Positions 39,301 to 54,300 of a stretch of 64,000 nt of DNA are shown one piece after another. How positions within the stretch are numbered: position 1 is the stretch's first letter; each line of letters starts with the position of its first letter. The stretch spans positions 2,108,001-2,172,000 of the forward strand of contig JBLDXI010000004.1 of assembly GCA_047495785.1 (NCBI GenBank), written 5' to 3'. The position numbers and the translations under genes were made by a program. This stretch comes from Lepidodermella squamata. Taxonomy: Eukaryota; Animalia; Gastrotricha. The notes under the pieces were generated by a model. That model was not told the origin of the DNA. It searched no databases and saw only the letters and a program-made list of their open reading frames with translations.

Positions 39301-42300
39301 TATGCGTGATTGGCCTGGGTACAGCACGATTCCGCATAGCTGCGATGCGTACAAGGGTTGAAAACAGCGTTCCCGCCTGTTTTGGCTGGCAGCGAAATAT
39401 CGGTCATCCGAAATGTTAGCGAATCGCCCGCAAACGTGTTTGCCCGTGTTGCCACTATCAAATGAAGCAAGAATATGCGTGATTTGCCTGGGTTCAGCAC
39501 GTTTCCGATTAGCTGCGATGCGTACAAGGGTTGAAAACAGCTTTCCAGCCTGTTTTGGCTGGCAGCGAAATATCGGACATCCGAAATGTGTGCGAATGGC
39601 CCGCAAACGTGTTTGCCCGTGTTGCCACTATCAAATGAAGCAAGAATATGCGTGATTGGCCTGGGTACAGCACGATTCCGCATAGCTGCGATGCGTACAA
39701 GGGTTGAAAACAGCGTTCCCGCCTGTTTTGGCTGGCAGCGAAATATCGGTCATCCGAAATGTGTGCGAATCGCCTGCAAACGTGTTTGCCCGTGTTGCCA
39801 CTATCAAATGAAGCAAGAATATGCGTGATTTGCCTGGGTACAGCACGATTCCGCATAGCTGCGATGCGTACAAGGGTGGAAAACAGCTTTCCAGCCTGTT
39901 TTGGCTGGCAGCGAAATATCGGTCATCCGAAATGTGTGCGAATCGCCTGCAAACGTGTTTGCCCGTGTTGCCACTATCAAATGAAGCAAGAATATGCGTG
40001 ATTTGCCTGGGTACAGCACGATTCCGCATAGCTGCGATGCGTACAAGGGTTGAAAACAGCTTTCCCGCCTGTTTTGGCTGGCAGCGAAATATCGGTCATC
40101 CGAAATGTTAGCGAATCGCCCGCAAACGTGTTTGCCCGTGTTGCCACTATCAAATGAAGCAAGAATATGCGTGATTTGCCTGGGTTCAGCACGTTTCCGA
40201 TTAGCTGCGATGCGTACAAGGGTTGAAAACAGCGTTCCAGCCTGTTTTGGCTGGCAGCGAAATATCGGTCATCCGAAATGTTAGCGAATCGCCTGCAAAC
40301 GGGTTTGCCCGTGTTGCCACTATCAAATGAAGCAAGAATATGCGTGATTGGCCTGGGTACAGCACGATTCCGCATAGCTGCGATGCGTACAAGGGTTGAA
40401 AACAGCTTTCCAGCCTGTTTTGGCTGGCAGCGAAATATCGGTCATCCGAAATGTGTGCGAATCGCCTGCAAACGTGTTTGCCCGTGTTGCCACTATCAAA
40501 TGAAGCAAGAATATGCGTGATTTGCCTGGCTTCAGCACGATTCCGATTAGCTGCGATGCGTACAAGGGTTGAAAACAGCTTTCCAGCCAGTTTTGGCTGG
40601 CAGCGAAATATCGGTCATCCGAAATGTTAGCGAATCGCCCGCAAACGTGTTTGCCCGTGTTGCCACTATCAAATGAAGCAAGAATATGCGTGATTGGCCT
40701 GGGTACAGCACGATTCCGCATAGCTGCGATGCGTACAAGGGTTGAAAACAGCGTTCCCGCCTGTTTTGGCTGGCAGCGAAATATCGGTCATCCGAAATGT
40801 TAGCGAATCGCCCGCAAACGTGTTTGCCCGTGTTGCCACTATCAAATGAAGCAAGAATATGCGTGATTTGCCTGGGTTCAGCACGTATCCGATTAGCTGC
40901 GATGCGTACAAGGGTTGAAAACAGCGTTCCAGCCTGTTTTGGCTGGCAGCGAAATATCGGTCATCCGAAATGTTAGCGAATCGCCTGCAAACGTGTTTGC
41001 CCGTGTTGCCACTATCAAATGAAGCAAGAATATGCGTGATTGGCCTGGGTACAGCACGATTCCGCATAGCTGCGATGCGTACAAGGGTTGAAAACAGCTT
41101 TCCAGCCAGTTTTGGCTGGCAGCGAAATATCGGTCATCCGAAATGTGTGCGAATCGCCTGCAAACGTGTTTGCCCGTGTTGCCACTATCAAATGAAGCAA
41201 GAATATGCGTGATTTGCCTGGGTACAGCACGATTCCGCATAGCTGCGATGCGTACAAGGGTTGAAAACAGCGTTCCCGCCTGTTTTGGCTGGCAGCGAAT
41301 TATCGGTCATCCGAAATGTGTGCGAATCGCTTGCAAACGTGTTTGCCCGTGTTGCCACTATCAAATGAAGCAAGAATATGCGTGATTTGCCTGGGTACAG
41401 CACGATTCCGCATAGCTGCGATGCGTACAAGGGTTGAAAACAGCTTTCCAGCCTGTTTTGGCTGGCAGCGAAATATCGGTCATCCGAAATGTGTGCGAAT
41501 CGCCCGCAAATGTGTTTGCCCGTGTTGCCACTATCAAATGAAGCAAGAATATGCGTGATTTGATTGGGTTCAGCGCGATTCCGATTAGCTGCGATGCGTA
41601 CAAGGGTTGAAAACAGCTTTCCAGCCAGTTTTGGCTGGCAGCGAAATATCGGTCATCCGAAATGTGTGCGAATCGCCTGCAAACGTGTTTGCCCGTGTTG
41701 CCACTATCAAATGAAGCAAGAATATGCGTGATTGGCCTGGGTACAGCACGATTCCGCATAGCTGCGATGCGTACAAGGGTTGAAAACAGCGTTCCCGCCT
41801 GTTTTGGCTGGCAGCGAAATATCGGTCATCCGAAATGTTAGCGAATCGCCCGCAAACGTGTTTGCCCGTGTTGCCACTATCAAATGAAGCAAGAATATGC
41901 GTGATTGGCCTGGGTACAGCACGATTCCGCATAGCTGCGATGCGTACAAGGGTTGAAAACAGCGTTCCCGCCTGTTTTGGCTGGCAGCGAAAAATCGGTC
42001 ATCCGAAATGTTAGCGAATCGCCCGCAAACGTGTTTGCCCGTGTTGCCACTATCAAATGAAGCAAGAATATGCGTGATTTGCCTGGGTTCAGCACGTTTC
42101 CGATTAGCTGCGATGCGTACAAGGGTTGAAAACAGCGTTCCAGCCTGTTTTGGCTGGCAGCGAAATATCGGTCATCCGAAATGTTAGCGAATCGCCTGCA
42201 AACGTGTTTGCCCGTGTTGCCACTATCAAATGAAGCAAGAATATGCGTGATTGGCCTGGGTACAGCACGATTCCGCATAGCTGCGATGCGTACAAGGGTT

Positions 42301-45300
42301 GAAAACAGCGTTCCCGCCTGTTTTGGCTGGCAGCGAAATATCGGTCATCCGAAATGTGTGCGAATCGCCTGCAAACGTGTTTGCCCGTGTTGCCACTATC
42401 AAATGAAGCAAGAATATGCGTGATTTGCCTGGGTACAGCACGATTCCGTATAGCTGCGATGCGTACAAGGGTTGAAAACAGCGTTCCCGCCTGTTTTGGC
42501 TGGCAGCGAAATATCGGTCATCCGAAATGTGTGCGAATCGCCTGCAAACGTGTTTGCCCGTGTTGCCACTATCAAATGAAGCAAGAATATGCGTGATTTG
42601 CCTGGGTACAGCACGATTCCGCATAGCTGCGATGCGTACAAGGGTTGAAAACAGCGTTCCCGCCTGTTTTGGCTGGCAGCGAAATATCGGTCATCCGAAA
42701 TGTTAGCGAATCGCCTGCAAACGTGTTTGCCCGTGTTGCCACTATCAAATGAAGCAAGAATATGCGTGGTTTGCCTGGCTTCAGCACGATTCCGATTAGC
42801 TGCGATGCGTACAAGGGTTGAAAACAGCTTTCCAGCCTGTTTTGGCTGGCAGCGAAATATCGGTCATCCGAAATGTGTGCGAATCGCCTGCAAACGTGTT
42901 TGCCCGTGTTGCCACTATCAAATGAAGCAAGAATATGCGTGATTTGCCTGGGTACAGCACGATTCCGCATAGCTGCGATGCGTACAAGGGTTGAAAACAG
43001 CTTTCCAGCCTGTTTTGGCTGGCAGCGAAATATCGGTCATCCGAAATGTTAGCGAATCGCCTGCAAACGTGTTTGCCCGTGTTGCCACTATCAAATGAAG
43101 CAAGAATATGCGTGGTTTGCCTGGCTTCAGCACGATTCCGATTAGCTGCGATGCGTACAAGGGTTGAAAACAGCGTTCCAGCCTGTTTTGGCTGGCAGCG
43201 AAAAATCGGTCATCCGAAATGTGTGCGAATCGCCTGCAAACGTGTTTGCCCGTGTTGCCACTATCAAATGAAGCAAGAATATGCGTGATTTGCCTGGGTA
43301 CAGCACGATTCCGTATAGCTGCGATGCGTACAAGGGTTGAAAACAGCGTTCCCGCCTGTTTTGGCTGGCAGCGAAATATCGGTCATCCGAAATGTGTGCG
43401 AATCGCCTGCAAACGTGTTTGCCCGTGTTGCCACTATCAAATGAAGCAAGAATATGCGTGATTTGCCTGGGTACAGCACGATTCCGCATAGCTGCGATGC
43501 GTACAAGGGTTGAAAACAGCGTTCCCGCCTGTTTTGGCTGGCAGCGAAATATCGGTCATCCGAAATGTTAGCGAATCGCCCGCAAACGTGTTTGCCCGTG
43601 TTGCCACTATCAAATGAAGCAAGAATATGCGTGATTTGCCTGGGTACAGCACGATTCCGCATAGCTGCGATGCGTACAAGGGTTGAAAACAGCGTTCCCG
43701 CCTGTTTTGGCTGGCAGCGAAATATCGGTCATCGAAATGTTAGCGAATCGCCTGCAAACGTGTTTGCCCGTGTGGCCACTATCAAATGAAGCAAGAATAT
43801 GCGTGATTTGCCTGGCTTCAGCACGATTCCGATTAGCTGCGATGCGTACAAGGGTTGAAAACAGCGTTCCAGCCTGTTTTGGCTGGCAGCGAAAAATCGG
43901 TCATCCGAAATGTGTGCGAATCGCCTGCAAACGTGTTTGCCCGTGTTGCCACTATCAAATGAAGCAAGAATATGCGTGATTTGCCTGGGTACAGCACGAT
44001 TCCGCATAGCTGCGATGCGTACAAGGGTTGAAAACAGCTTTCCAGCCTGTTTTGGCTGGCAGCGAAATATCGGTCATCCGAAATGTGTGCGAATCGCCTG
44101 CAAACGTGTTTGCCCGTGTTGCCACTATCAAATGAAGCAAGAATATGCGTGATTTGCCTGGGTACAGCACGATTCCGCATAGCTGCGATGCGTACAAGGG
44201 TTGAAAACAGCTTTCCAGCCTGTTTTGGCTGGCAGCGAAATATCGGTCATCCGAAATGTTAGCGAATCGCCTGCAAACGTGTTTGCCCGTGTTGCCACTA
44301 TCAAATGAAGCAAGAATATGCGTGGTTTGCCTGGCTTCAGCACGATTCCGATTAGCTGCGATGCGTACAAGGGTTGAAAACAGCGTTCCAGCCTGTTTTG
44401 GCTGGCAGCGAAAAATCGGTCATCCGAAATGTGTGCGAATCGCCTGCAAACGTGTTTGCCCGTGTTGCCACTATCAAATGAAGCAAGAATATGCGTGATT
44501 TGCCTGGGTACAGCACGATTCCGCATAGCTGCGATGCGTACAAGGGTTGAAAACAGCGTTCCCGCCTGTTTTGGCTGGCAGCGAAATATCGGTCATCCGA
44601 AATGTGTGCGAATCGCTTGCAAACGTGTTTGCCCGTGTTGCCACTATCAAATGAAGCAAGAATATGCGTGATTTGCCTGGGTACAGCACGATTCCGCATA
44701 GCTGCGATGCGTACAAGGGTTGAAAACAGCGTTCCCGCCTGTTTTGGCTGGCAGCGAAATATCGGTCATCCGAAATGTTAGCGAATCGCCCGCAAACGAT
44801 TTTGCCCGTGTTGCCACTATCAAATGAAGCAAGAATATGCGTGATTTGATTGGGTTCAGCACGATTCCGCATAGCTGCGATGCGTACAAGGGTTGAAAAC
44901 AGCTTTCCAGCCTGTTTTGGCTGGCAGCGAAATATCGGTCATTCGAAATGTGTGCGAATCGCCTGCAAACGATTTTGCCCGTGTTGCCACTATCAAATGA
45001 AGCAAGAATATGCGTGATTTGATTGGGTTCAGCGCGATTCCGATTAGCTGCGATGCGTACAAGGGTTGAAAACAGCTTTCCAGCCAGTTTTGGCTGGCAG
45101 CGAAATATCGGTCATCCGAAATGTTAGCGAATCGCCCGCAAACGTGTTTGCCCGTGTTGCCACTATCAAATGAAGCAAGAATATGCGTGATTGGCCTGGG
45201 TACAGCACGATTCCGCATAGCTGCGATGCGTACAAGGGTTGAAAACAGCGTTCCCGCCTGTTTTGGCTGGCAGCGAAATATCGGTCATCCGAAATGTTAG

Positions 45301-48300
45301 CGAATCGCCCGCAAACGTGTTTGCCCGTGTTGCCACTATCAAATGAAGCAAGAATATGCGTGATTTGCCTGGGTTCAGCACGTTTCCGATTAGCTGCGAT
45401 GCGTACAAGGGTTGAAAACAGCTTTCCAGCCTGTTTTGGCTGGCAGCGAAATATCGGACATCCGAAATGTGTGCGAATGGCCCGCAAACGTGTTTGCCCG
45501 TGTTGCCACTATCAAATGAAGCAAGAATATGCGTGATTGGCCTGGGTACAGCACGATTCCGCATAGCTGCGATGCGTACAAGGGTTGAAAACAGCGTTCC
45601 CGCCTGTTTTGGCTGGCAGCGAAATATCGGTCATCCGAAATGTGTGCGAATCGCCTGCAAACGTGTTTGCCCGTGTTGCCACTATCAAATGAAGCAAGAA
45701 TATGCGTGATTTGCCTGGGTACAGCACGATTCCGCATAGCTGCGATGCGTACAAGGGTGGAAAACAGCTTTCCAGCCTGTTTTGGCTGGCAGCGAAATAT
45801 CGGTCATCCGAAATGTGTGCGAATCGCCTGCAAACGTGTTTGCCCGTGTTGCCACTATCAAATGAAGCAAGAATATGCGTGATTTGCCTGGGTACAGCAC
45901 GATTCCGCATAGCTGCGATGCGTACAAGGGTTGAAAACAGCTTTCCCGCCTGTTTTGGCTGGCAGCGAAATATCGGTCATCCGAAATGTTAGCGAATCGC
46001 CCGCAAACGTGTTTGCCCGTGTTGCCACTATCAAATGAAGCAAGAATATGCGTGATTTGCCTGGGTTCAGCACGTTTCCGATTAGCTGCGATGCGTACAA
46101 GGGTTGAAAACAGCGTTCCAGCCTGTTTTGGCTGGCAGCGAAATATCGGTCATCCGAAATGTTAGCGAATCGCCTGCAAACGGGTTTGCCCGTGTTGCCA
46201 CTATCAAATGAAGCAAGAATATGCGTGATTGGCCTGGGTACAGCACGATTCCGCATAGCTGCGATGCGTACAAGGGTTGAAAACAGCTTTCCAGCCTGTT
46301 TTGGCTGGCAGCGAAATATCGGTCATCCGAAATGTGTGCGAATCGCCTGCAAACGTGTTTGCCCGTGTTGCCACTATCAAATGAAGCAAGAATATGCGTG
46401 ATTTGCCTGGCTTCAGCACGATTCCGATTAGCTGCGATGCGTACAAGGGTTGAAAACAGCTTTCCAGCCAGTTTTGGCTGGCAGCGAAATATCGGTCATC
46501 CGAAATGTTAGCGAATCGCCCGCAAACGTGTTTGCCCGTGTTGCCACTATCAAATGAAGCAAGAATATGCGTGATTGGCCTGGGTACAGCACGATTCCGC
46601 ATAGCTGCGATGCGTACAAGGGTTGAAAACAGCGTTCCCGCCTGTTTTGGCTGGCAGCGAAATATCGGTCATCCGAAATGTTAGCGAATCGCCCGCAAAC
46701 GTGTTTGCCCGTGTTGCCACTATCAAATGAAGCAAGAATATGCGTGATTTGCCTGGGTTCAGCACGTATCCGATTAGCTGCGATGCGTACAAGGGTTGAA
46801 AACAGCGTTCCAGCCTGTTTTGGCTGGCAGCGAAATATCGGTCATCCGAAATGTTAGCGAATCGCCTGCAAACGTGTTTGCCCGTGTTGCCACTATCAAA
46901 TGAAGCAAGAATATGCGTGATTGGCCTGGGTACAGCACGATTCCGCATAGCTGCGATGCGTACAAGGGTTGAAAACAGCTTTCCAGCCAGTTTTGGCTGG
47001 CAGCGAAATATCGGTCATCCGAAATGTGTGCGAATCGCCTGCAAACGTGTTTGCCCGTGTTGCCACTATCAAATGAAGCAAGAATATGCGTGATTTGCCT
47101 GGGTACAGCACGATTCCGCATAGCTGCGATGCGTACAAGGGTTGAAAACAGCGTTCCCGCCTGTTTTGGCTGGCAGCGAATTATCGGTCATCCGAAATGT
47201 GTGCGAATCGCTTGCAAACGTGTTTGCCCGTGTTGCCACTATCAAATGAAGCAAGAATATGCGTGATTTGCCTGGGTACAGCACGATTCCGCATAGCTGC
47301 GATGCGTACAAGGGTTGAAAACAGCTTTCCAGCCTGTTTTGGCTGGCAGCGAAATATCGGTCATCCGAAATGTGTGCGAATCGCCCGCAAATGTGTTTGC
47401 CCGTGTTGCCACTATCAAATGAAGCAAGAATATGCGTGATTTGATTGGGTTCAGCGCGATTCCGATTAGCTGCGATGCGTACAAGGGTTGAAAACAGCTT
47501 TCCAGCCAGTTTTGGCTGGCAGCGAAATATCGGTCATCCGAAATGTGTGCGAATCGCCTGCAAACGTGTTTGCCCGTGTTGCCACTATCAAATGAAGCAA
47601 GAATATGCGTGATTGGCCTGGGTACAGCACGATTCCGCATAGCTGCGATGCGTACAAGGGTTGAAAACAGCGTTCCCGCCTGTTTTGGCTGGCAGCGAAA
47701 TATCGGTCATCCGAAATGTTAGCGAATCGCCCGCAAACGTGTTTGCCCGTGTTGCCACTATCAAATGAAGCAAGAATATGCGTGATTTGCCTGGGTACAG
47801 CACGATTCCGCATAGCTGCGATGCGTACAAGGGTTGAAAACAGCTTTCCAGCCTGTTTTGGCTGGCAGCGAAATATCGGTCATCCGAAATGTTAGCGAAT
47901 CGCCTGCAAACGTGTTTGCCCGTGTTGCCACTATCAAATGAAGCAAGAATATGCGTGATTGGCCTGGGTACAGCACGATTCCGCATAGCTGCGATGCGTA
48001 CAAGGGTTGAAAACAGCTTTCCAGCCTGTTTTGGCTGGCAGCGAAATATCGGACATCCGAAATGTGTGCGAATGGCCCGCAAACGTGTTTGCCCGTGTTG
48101 CCACTATCAAATGAAGCAAGAATATGCGTGATTTGCCTGGGTTCAGCACGATTCCGCATAGCTGCGATGCGTACAAGGGTTGAAAACAGCTTTCCAGCCA
48201 GTTTTGGCTGGCAGCGAAATATCGGTCATCCGAAATGTTAGCGAATCGCCCGCAAACGTGTTTGCCCGTGTTGCCACTATCAAATGAAGCAAGAATATGC

Positions 48301-51300
48301 GTGATTTGATTGGGTTCAGCGCGATTCCGATTAGCTGCGATGCGTACAAGGGTTGAAAACAGCTTTCCAGCCTGTTTTGGCTGGCAGCGAAATATCGGTC
48401 ATCCGAAATGTGTGCGAATCGCCTGCAAACGTGTTTGCCCGTGTTGCCACTATCAAATGAAGCAAGAATATGCGTGATTTGCCTGGGTACAGCACGATTC
48501 CGCATAGCTGCGATGCGTACAAGGGTTGAAAACAGCTTTCCAGCCAGTTTTGGCTGGCAGCGAAATATCGGTCATCCGAAATGTTAGCGAATCGCCTGCA
48601 AAAGTGTTTGCCCGTGTTGCCACTATCAAATGAAGCAAGAATATGCGTGATTTGCCTGGGTACAGCACGATTCCGCATAGCTGCGATGCGTACAAGGGTT
48701 GAAAACAGCTTTCCAGCCTGTTTTGGCTGGCAGCGAAATATCGGTCATCCGAAATGTTAGCGAATCGCCTGCAAACGTGTTTGCCCGTGTTGCCACTATC
48801 AAATGAAGCAAGAATATGCGTGATTTGCCTGGGTACAGCACGATTCCGCATAGCTGCGATGCGTACAAGGGTTGAAAACAGCTTTCCAGCCTGTTTTGGC
48901 TGGCAGCGAAATATCGGTCATCCGAAATGTTAGCGAATCGCCCGCAAACGTGTTTGCCCGTGTTGCCACTATCAAATGAAGCAAGAATATGCGTGATTGG
49001 CCTGGGTACAGCACGATTCCGCATAGCTGCGATGCGTACAAGGGTTGAAAACAGCTTTCCAGCTTGTTTTGGCTGGCAGCGAAATATCGGTCATCCGAAA
49101 TGTTAGCGAATCGCCTGCAAACGTGTTTGCCCGTGTTGCCACATTCAAATGAAGCGAGAATATGCGTGATTTGCCTGGGTACAGCACGATTCCGCATAGC
49201 TGCGATGCGTACAAGGGTTGAAAACAGCGTTCCAGCCTGTTTTGGCTGGCAGCGAAATATCGGTCATCCGAAATGTTAGCGAATCGCCTGCAAACGTGTT
49301 TGCCCGTGTTGCCACTATCAAATGAAGCAAGAATATGCGTGATTTGCCTGGGTACAGCACGATTCCGATTAGCTGCGATGCGTACAAGGGTTGAAAACAG
49401 CGTTCCAGCCTGTTTTGGCTGGCAGCGAAATATCGGTCATCCGAAATGTGTGCGAATCGCCTGCAAACGTGTTTGCCCGTGTTGCCACTATCAAATGAAG
49501 CAAGAATATGCGTGATTTGCCTGGGTACAGCACGATTCCGCATAGCTGCGATGCGTACAAGGGTTGAAAACAGCTTTCCAGCCTGTTTTGGCTGGCAGCG
49601 AAATATCGGTCATCCGAAATGTTAGCGAATCGCCTGCAAACGTGTTTGCCCGTGTTGCCACTATCAAATGAAGCAAGAATATGCGTGATTTGCCTGGGTA
49701 CAGCACGATTCCGCATAGCTGCGATGCGTACAAGGGTTGAAAACAGCTTTCCAGCCTGTTTTGGCTGGCAGCGAAATATCGGTCATCCGAAATGTGTGCG
49801 AATCGCCTGCAAACGTGTTTGCCCGTGTTGCCACTATCAAATGAAGCAAGAATATGCGTGATTTGCCTGGGTACAGCACGATTCCGCATAGCTGCGATGC
49901 GTACAAGGGTTGAAAACAGCTTTCCAGCCTGTTTTGGCTGGCAGCGAAATATCGGTCATCCGAAAAGTTAGCGAATCGCCTGCAAACGTGTTTGCCCGTG
50001 TTGCCACATTCAAATGAAGCGAGAATATGCGTGATTTGCCTGGGTACAGCACGATTCCGCATAGCTGCGATGCGTACAAGGGTTGAAAACAGCTTTCCAG
50101 CCTGTTTTGGCTGGCAGCGAAATATCGGTCATCCGAAATGTGTGCGAATCGCCTGCAAACGTGTTTGCCCTTGTTGCCACTATCAAATGAAGCAAGAATA
50201 TGCGTGATTTGCCTGGGTACAGCACGATTCCGCATAGCTGCGATGCGTACAAGGGTTGAAAACAGCTTTCCAGCCTGTTTTGGCTGGCAGCGAAATATCG
50301 GTCATCCGAAATGTTAGCGAATCGCCTGCAAACGTGTTTGCCCGTGTTGCCACTATCAAATGAAGCAAGAATATGCGTGATTTGCCTGGGTACAGCACGA
50401 TTCCGCATAGCTGCGATGCGTACAAGGGTTGAAAACAGCTTTCCAGCCTGTTTTGGCTGGCAGCGAAATATCGGTCATCCGAAATGTTAGCGAATCGCCT
50501 GCAAACGTGTTTGCCCGTGTTGCCACTATCAAATGAAGCAAGAATATGCGTGGTTTGCCTCGCTTCAGCACGATTCCGATTAGCTGCGATGCGTACAAGG
50601 GTTGAAAACAGCGTTCCAGCCTGTTTTGGCTGGCAGCGAAAAATCGGTCATCCGAAATGTGTGCGAATCGCCTGCAAACGTGTTTGCCCGTGTTGCCACT
50701 ATCAAATGAAGCAAGAATATGCGTGATTTGCCTGGGTACAGCACGATTCCGCATAGCTGCGATGCGTACAAGGGTTGAAAACAGCGTTCCAGCCTGTTTT
50801 GGCTGGCAGCGAAATATCGGTCATCCGAAATGTGTGCGAATCGCCCGCAAACGTGTTTGCCCGTGTTGCCACTATCAAATGAAGCAAGAATATGCGTGAT
50901 TTGCCTGGGTACAGCACGATTCCGCATAGCTGCGATGCGTACAAGGGTTGAAAACAGCTTTCCAGCCTGTTTTGGCTGGCAGCGAAATATCGGTCATCCG
51001 AAATGTTAGCGAATCGCCTGCAAACGTGTTTGCCCGTGTTGCCACTATCAAATGAAGCAAGAATATGCGTGATTTGCCTGGGTACAGCACGATTCCGCAT
51101 AGCTGCGATGCGTACAAGGGTTGAAAACAGCTTTCCAGCCTGTTTTGGCTGGCAGCGATATATCGGTCATCCGAAATGTGTGCGAATCGCCTGCAAACGT
51201 GTTTGCCCGTGTTGCCACTATCAAATGAAGCAAGAATATGCGTGATTTGCCTGGGTACAGCACGATTCCGCATAGCTGCGATGCGTACAAGGGTTGAAAA

Positions 51301-54300
51301 CAGCTTTCCAGCCTGTTTTGGCTGGCAGCGAAATATCGGTCATCCGAAATGTTAGCGAATCGCCTGCAAACGTGTTTGCCCGTGTTGCCACTATCAAATG
51401 AAGCAAGAATATGCGTGATTTGCCTGGGTACAGCACGATTCCGCATAGCTGCGATGCGTACAAGGGTTGAAAACAGCTTTCCAGCCTGTTTTGGCTGGCA
51501 GCGAAATATCGGTCATCCGAAATGTGTGCGAATCGCCTGCAAACGTGTTTGCCCGTGTTGCCACTATCAAATGAAGCAAGAATATGCGTGATTTTCCTGG
51601 GTACAGCACGATTCCGCATAGCTGCGATGCGTACAAGGGTTGAAAACAGCTTTCCAGCCTGTTTTGGCTGGCAGCGAAATATCGGTCATCCGAAATGTTA
51701 GCGAATCGCCTGCAAACGTGTTTGCCCGTGTTGCCACTATCAAATGAAGCAAGAATATGCGTGATTTGATTGGGTTCAGCGCGATTCCGATTAGCTGCGA
51801 TGCGTACAAGGGTTGAAAACAGCTTTCCAGCCAGTTTTGGCTGGCAGCGAAATATCGGTCATCCGAAAAGTTAGCGAATCGCCTGCAAACGTGTTTGCCC
51901 GTGTTGCCACTATCAAATGAAGCAAGAATATGCGTGATTTGCCTGGGTACAGCACGATTCCGCATAGCTGCGATGCGTACAAGGGTTGAAAACAGCTTTC
52001 CAGCCTGTTTTGGCTGGCAGCGAAATATCGGTCATCCGAAATGTGTGCGAATCGCCTGCAAACGTGTTTGCCCGTGTTGCCACTATCAAATGAAGCAAGA
52101 ATATGCGTGATTGGCCTGGGTACAGCACGATTCCGCATAGCTGCGATGCGTACAAGGGTTGAAAACAGCTTTCCAGCCTGTTTTGGCTGGCAGCGAAATA
52201 TCGGTCATCCGAAATGTTAGCGAATCGCCTGCAAACGTGTTTGCCCGTGTTGCCACTATCAAATGAAGCAAGAATATGCGTGATTTGCCTGGGTACAGCA
52301 CGATTCCGCATAGCTGCGATGCGTACAAGGGTTGAAAACAGCTTTCCAGCCTGTTTTGGCTGGCAGCGAAATATCGGTCATCCGAAATGTGTGCGAATCG
52401 CCCGCAAACGTGTTTGCCCGTGTTGCCACTATCAAATGAAGCAAGAATATGCGTGATTTGCCTGGGTACAGCACGATTCCGCATAGCTGCGATGCGTACA
52501 AGGGTTGAAAACAGCGTTCCAGCCTGTTTTGGCTGGCAGCGAAATATCGGTCATGTTAGCGAATCGCCTGCAAACGTGTTTGCCCGTGTTGCCACTATCA
52601 AATGAAGCAAGAATATGCGTGATTTGCCTGGGTACAGCACGATTCCGCATAGCTGCGATGCGTACAAGGGTTGAAAACAGCTTTCCAGCCTGTTTTGGCT
52701 GGCAGCGAAATATCGGTCATCCGAAATGTGTGCGAATCGCCCGCAAACGTGTTTGCCCGTGTTGCCACTATCAAATGAAGCAAGAATATGCGTGATTTGA
52801 TTGGGTTCAGCGCGATTCCGATTAGCTGCGATGCGTACAAGGGTTGAAAACAGCTTTCCAGCCAGTTTTGGCTGGCAGCGAAATATCGGTCATCCGAAAA
52901 GTTAGCGAATCGCCTGCAAACGTGTTTGCCCGTGTTGCCACTATCAAATGAAGCAAGAATATGCGTGATTTGCCTGGGTACAGCACGATTCCGCATAGCT
53001 GCGATGCGTACAAGGGTTGAAAACAGCGTTCCCGCCTGTTTTGGCTGGCAGCGAAATATCGGTCATCCGAAATGTTAGCGAATCGCCTGCAAACGTGTTT
53101 GCCCGTGTTGCCACTATCAAATGAAGCAAGAATATGCGTGATTTGCCTGGGTACAGCACGATTCCGCATAGCTGCGATGCGTACAAGGGTTGAAAACAGC
53201 TTTCCAGCCTGTTTTGGCTGGCAGCGAAATATCGGTCATCCGAAATGTTAGCGAATCGCCTGCAAACGTGTTTGCCCGTGTTGCCACTATCAAATGAAGC
53301 AAGAATATGCGTGATTTGCCTGGGTACAGCACGATTCCGCATAGCTGCGATGCGTACAAGGGTTGAAAACAGCTTTCCAGCCTGTTTTGGCTGGCAGCGA
53401 AATATCGGTCATCCGAAATGTTAGCGAATCGCCTGCAAACGTGTTTGCCCGTGTTGCCACTATCAAATGAAGCAAGAATATGCGTGATTTGCCTGGGTAC
53501 AGCACGATTCCGATTAGCTGCGATGCGTACAAGGGTTGAAAACAGCGTTCCCGCCTGTTTTGGCTGGCAGCGAAATATCGGTCATCCGAAATGTGTGCGA
53601 ATCGCCTGCAAACGTGTTTGCCCGTGTTGCCACTATCAAATGAAGCAAGAATATGCGTGATTTGATTGGGTTCAGCGCGATTCCGATTAGCTGCGATGCG
53701 TACAAGGGTTGAAAACAGCGTTCCAGCCTGTTTTGGCTGGCAGCGAAATATCGGTCATCCGAAATGTTAGCGAATCGCCTGCAAACGTGTTTGCCCGTGT
53801 TGCCACTATCAAATGAAGCAAGAATATGCGTGATTTGCCTGGCTTCAGCACGATTCGGCATAGCTGCGATGCGTACAAGGGTTGAAAACAGCGTTCCAGC
53901 CTGTTTTGGCTGGCAGCGAAATATCGGTCATGTTAGCGAATCGCCTGCAAACGTGTTTGCCCGTGTTGCCACTATCAAATGAAGCAAGAATATGCGTGAT
54001 TTGCCTGGCTTCAGCACGATTCCGATTAGCTGCGATGCGTACAAGGGTTGAAAACAGCTTTCCAGCCTGTTTTGGCTGGCAGCGAAATATCGGTCATCCG
54101 AAATGTGTGCGAATCGCCCGCAAACGTGTTTGCCCGTGTTGCCACTATCAAATGAAGCAAGAATATGCGTGATTTGCCTGGGTACAGCACGATTCCGCAT
54201 AGCTGCGATGCGTACAAGGGTTGAAAACAGCTTTCCAGCCAGTTTTGGCTGGCAGCGAAATATCGGTCATCCGAAAAGTTAGCGAATCGCCTGCAAACGT

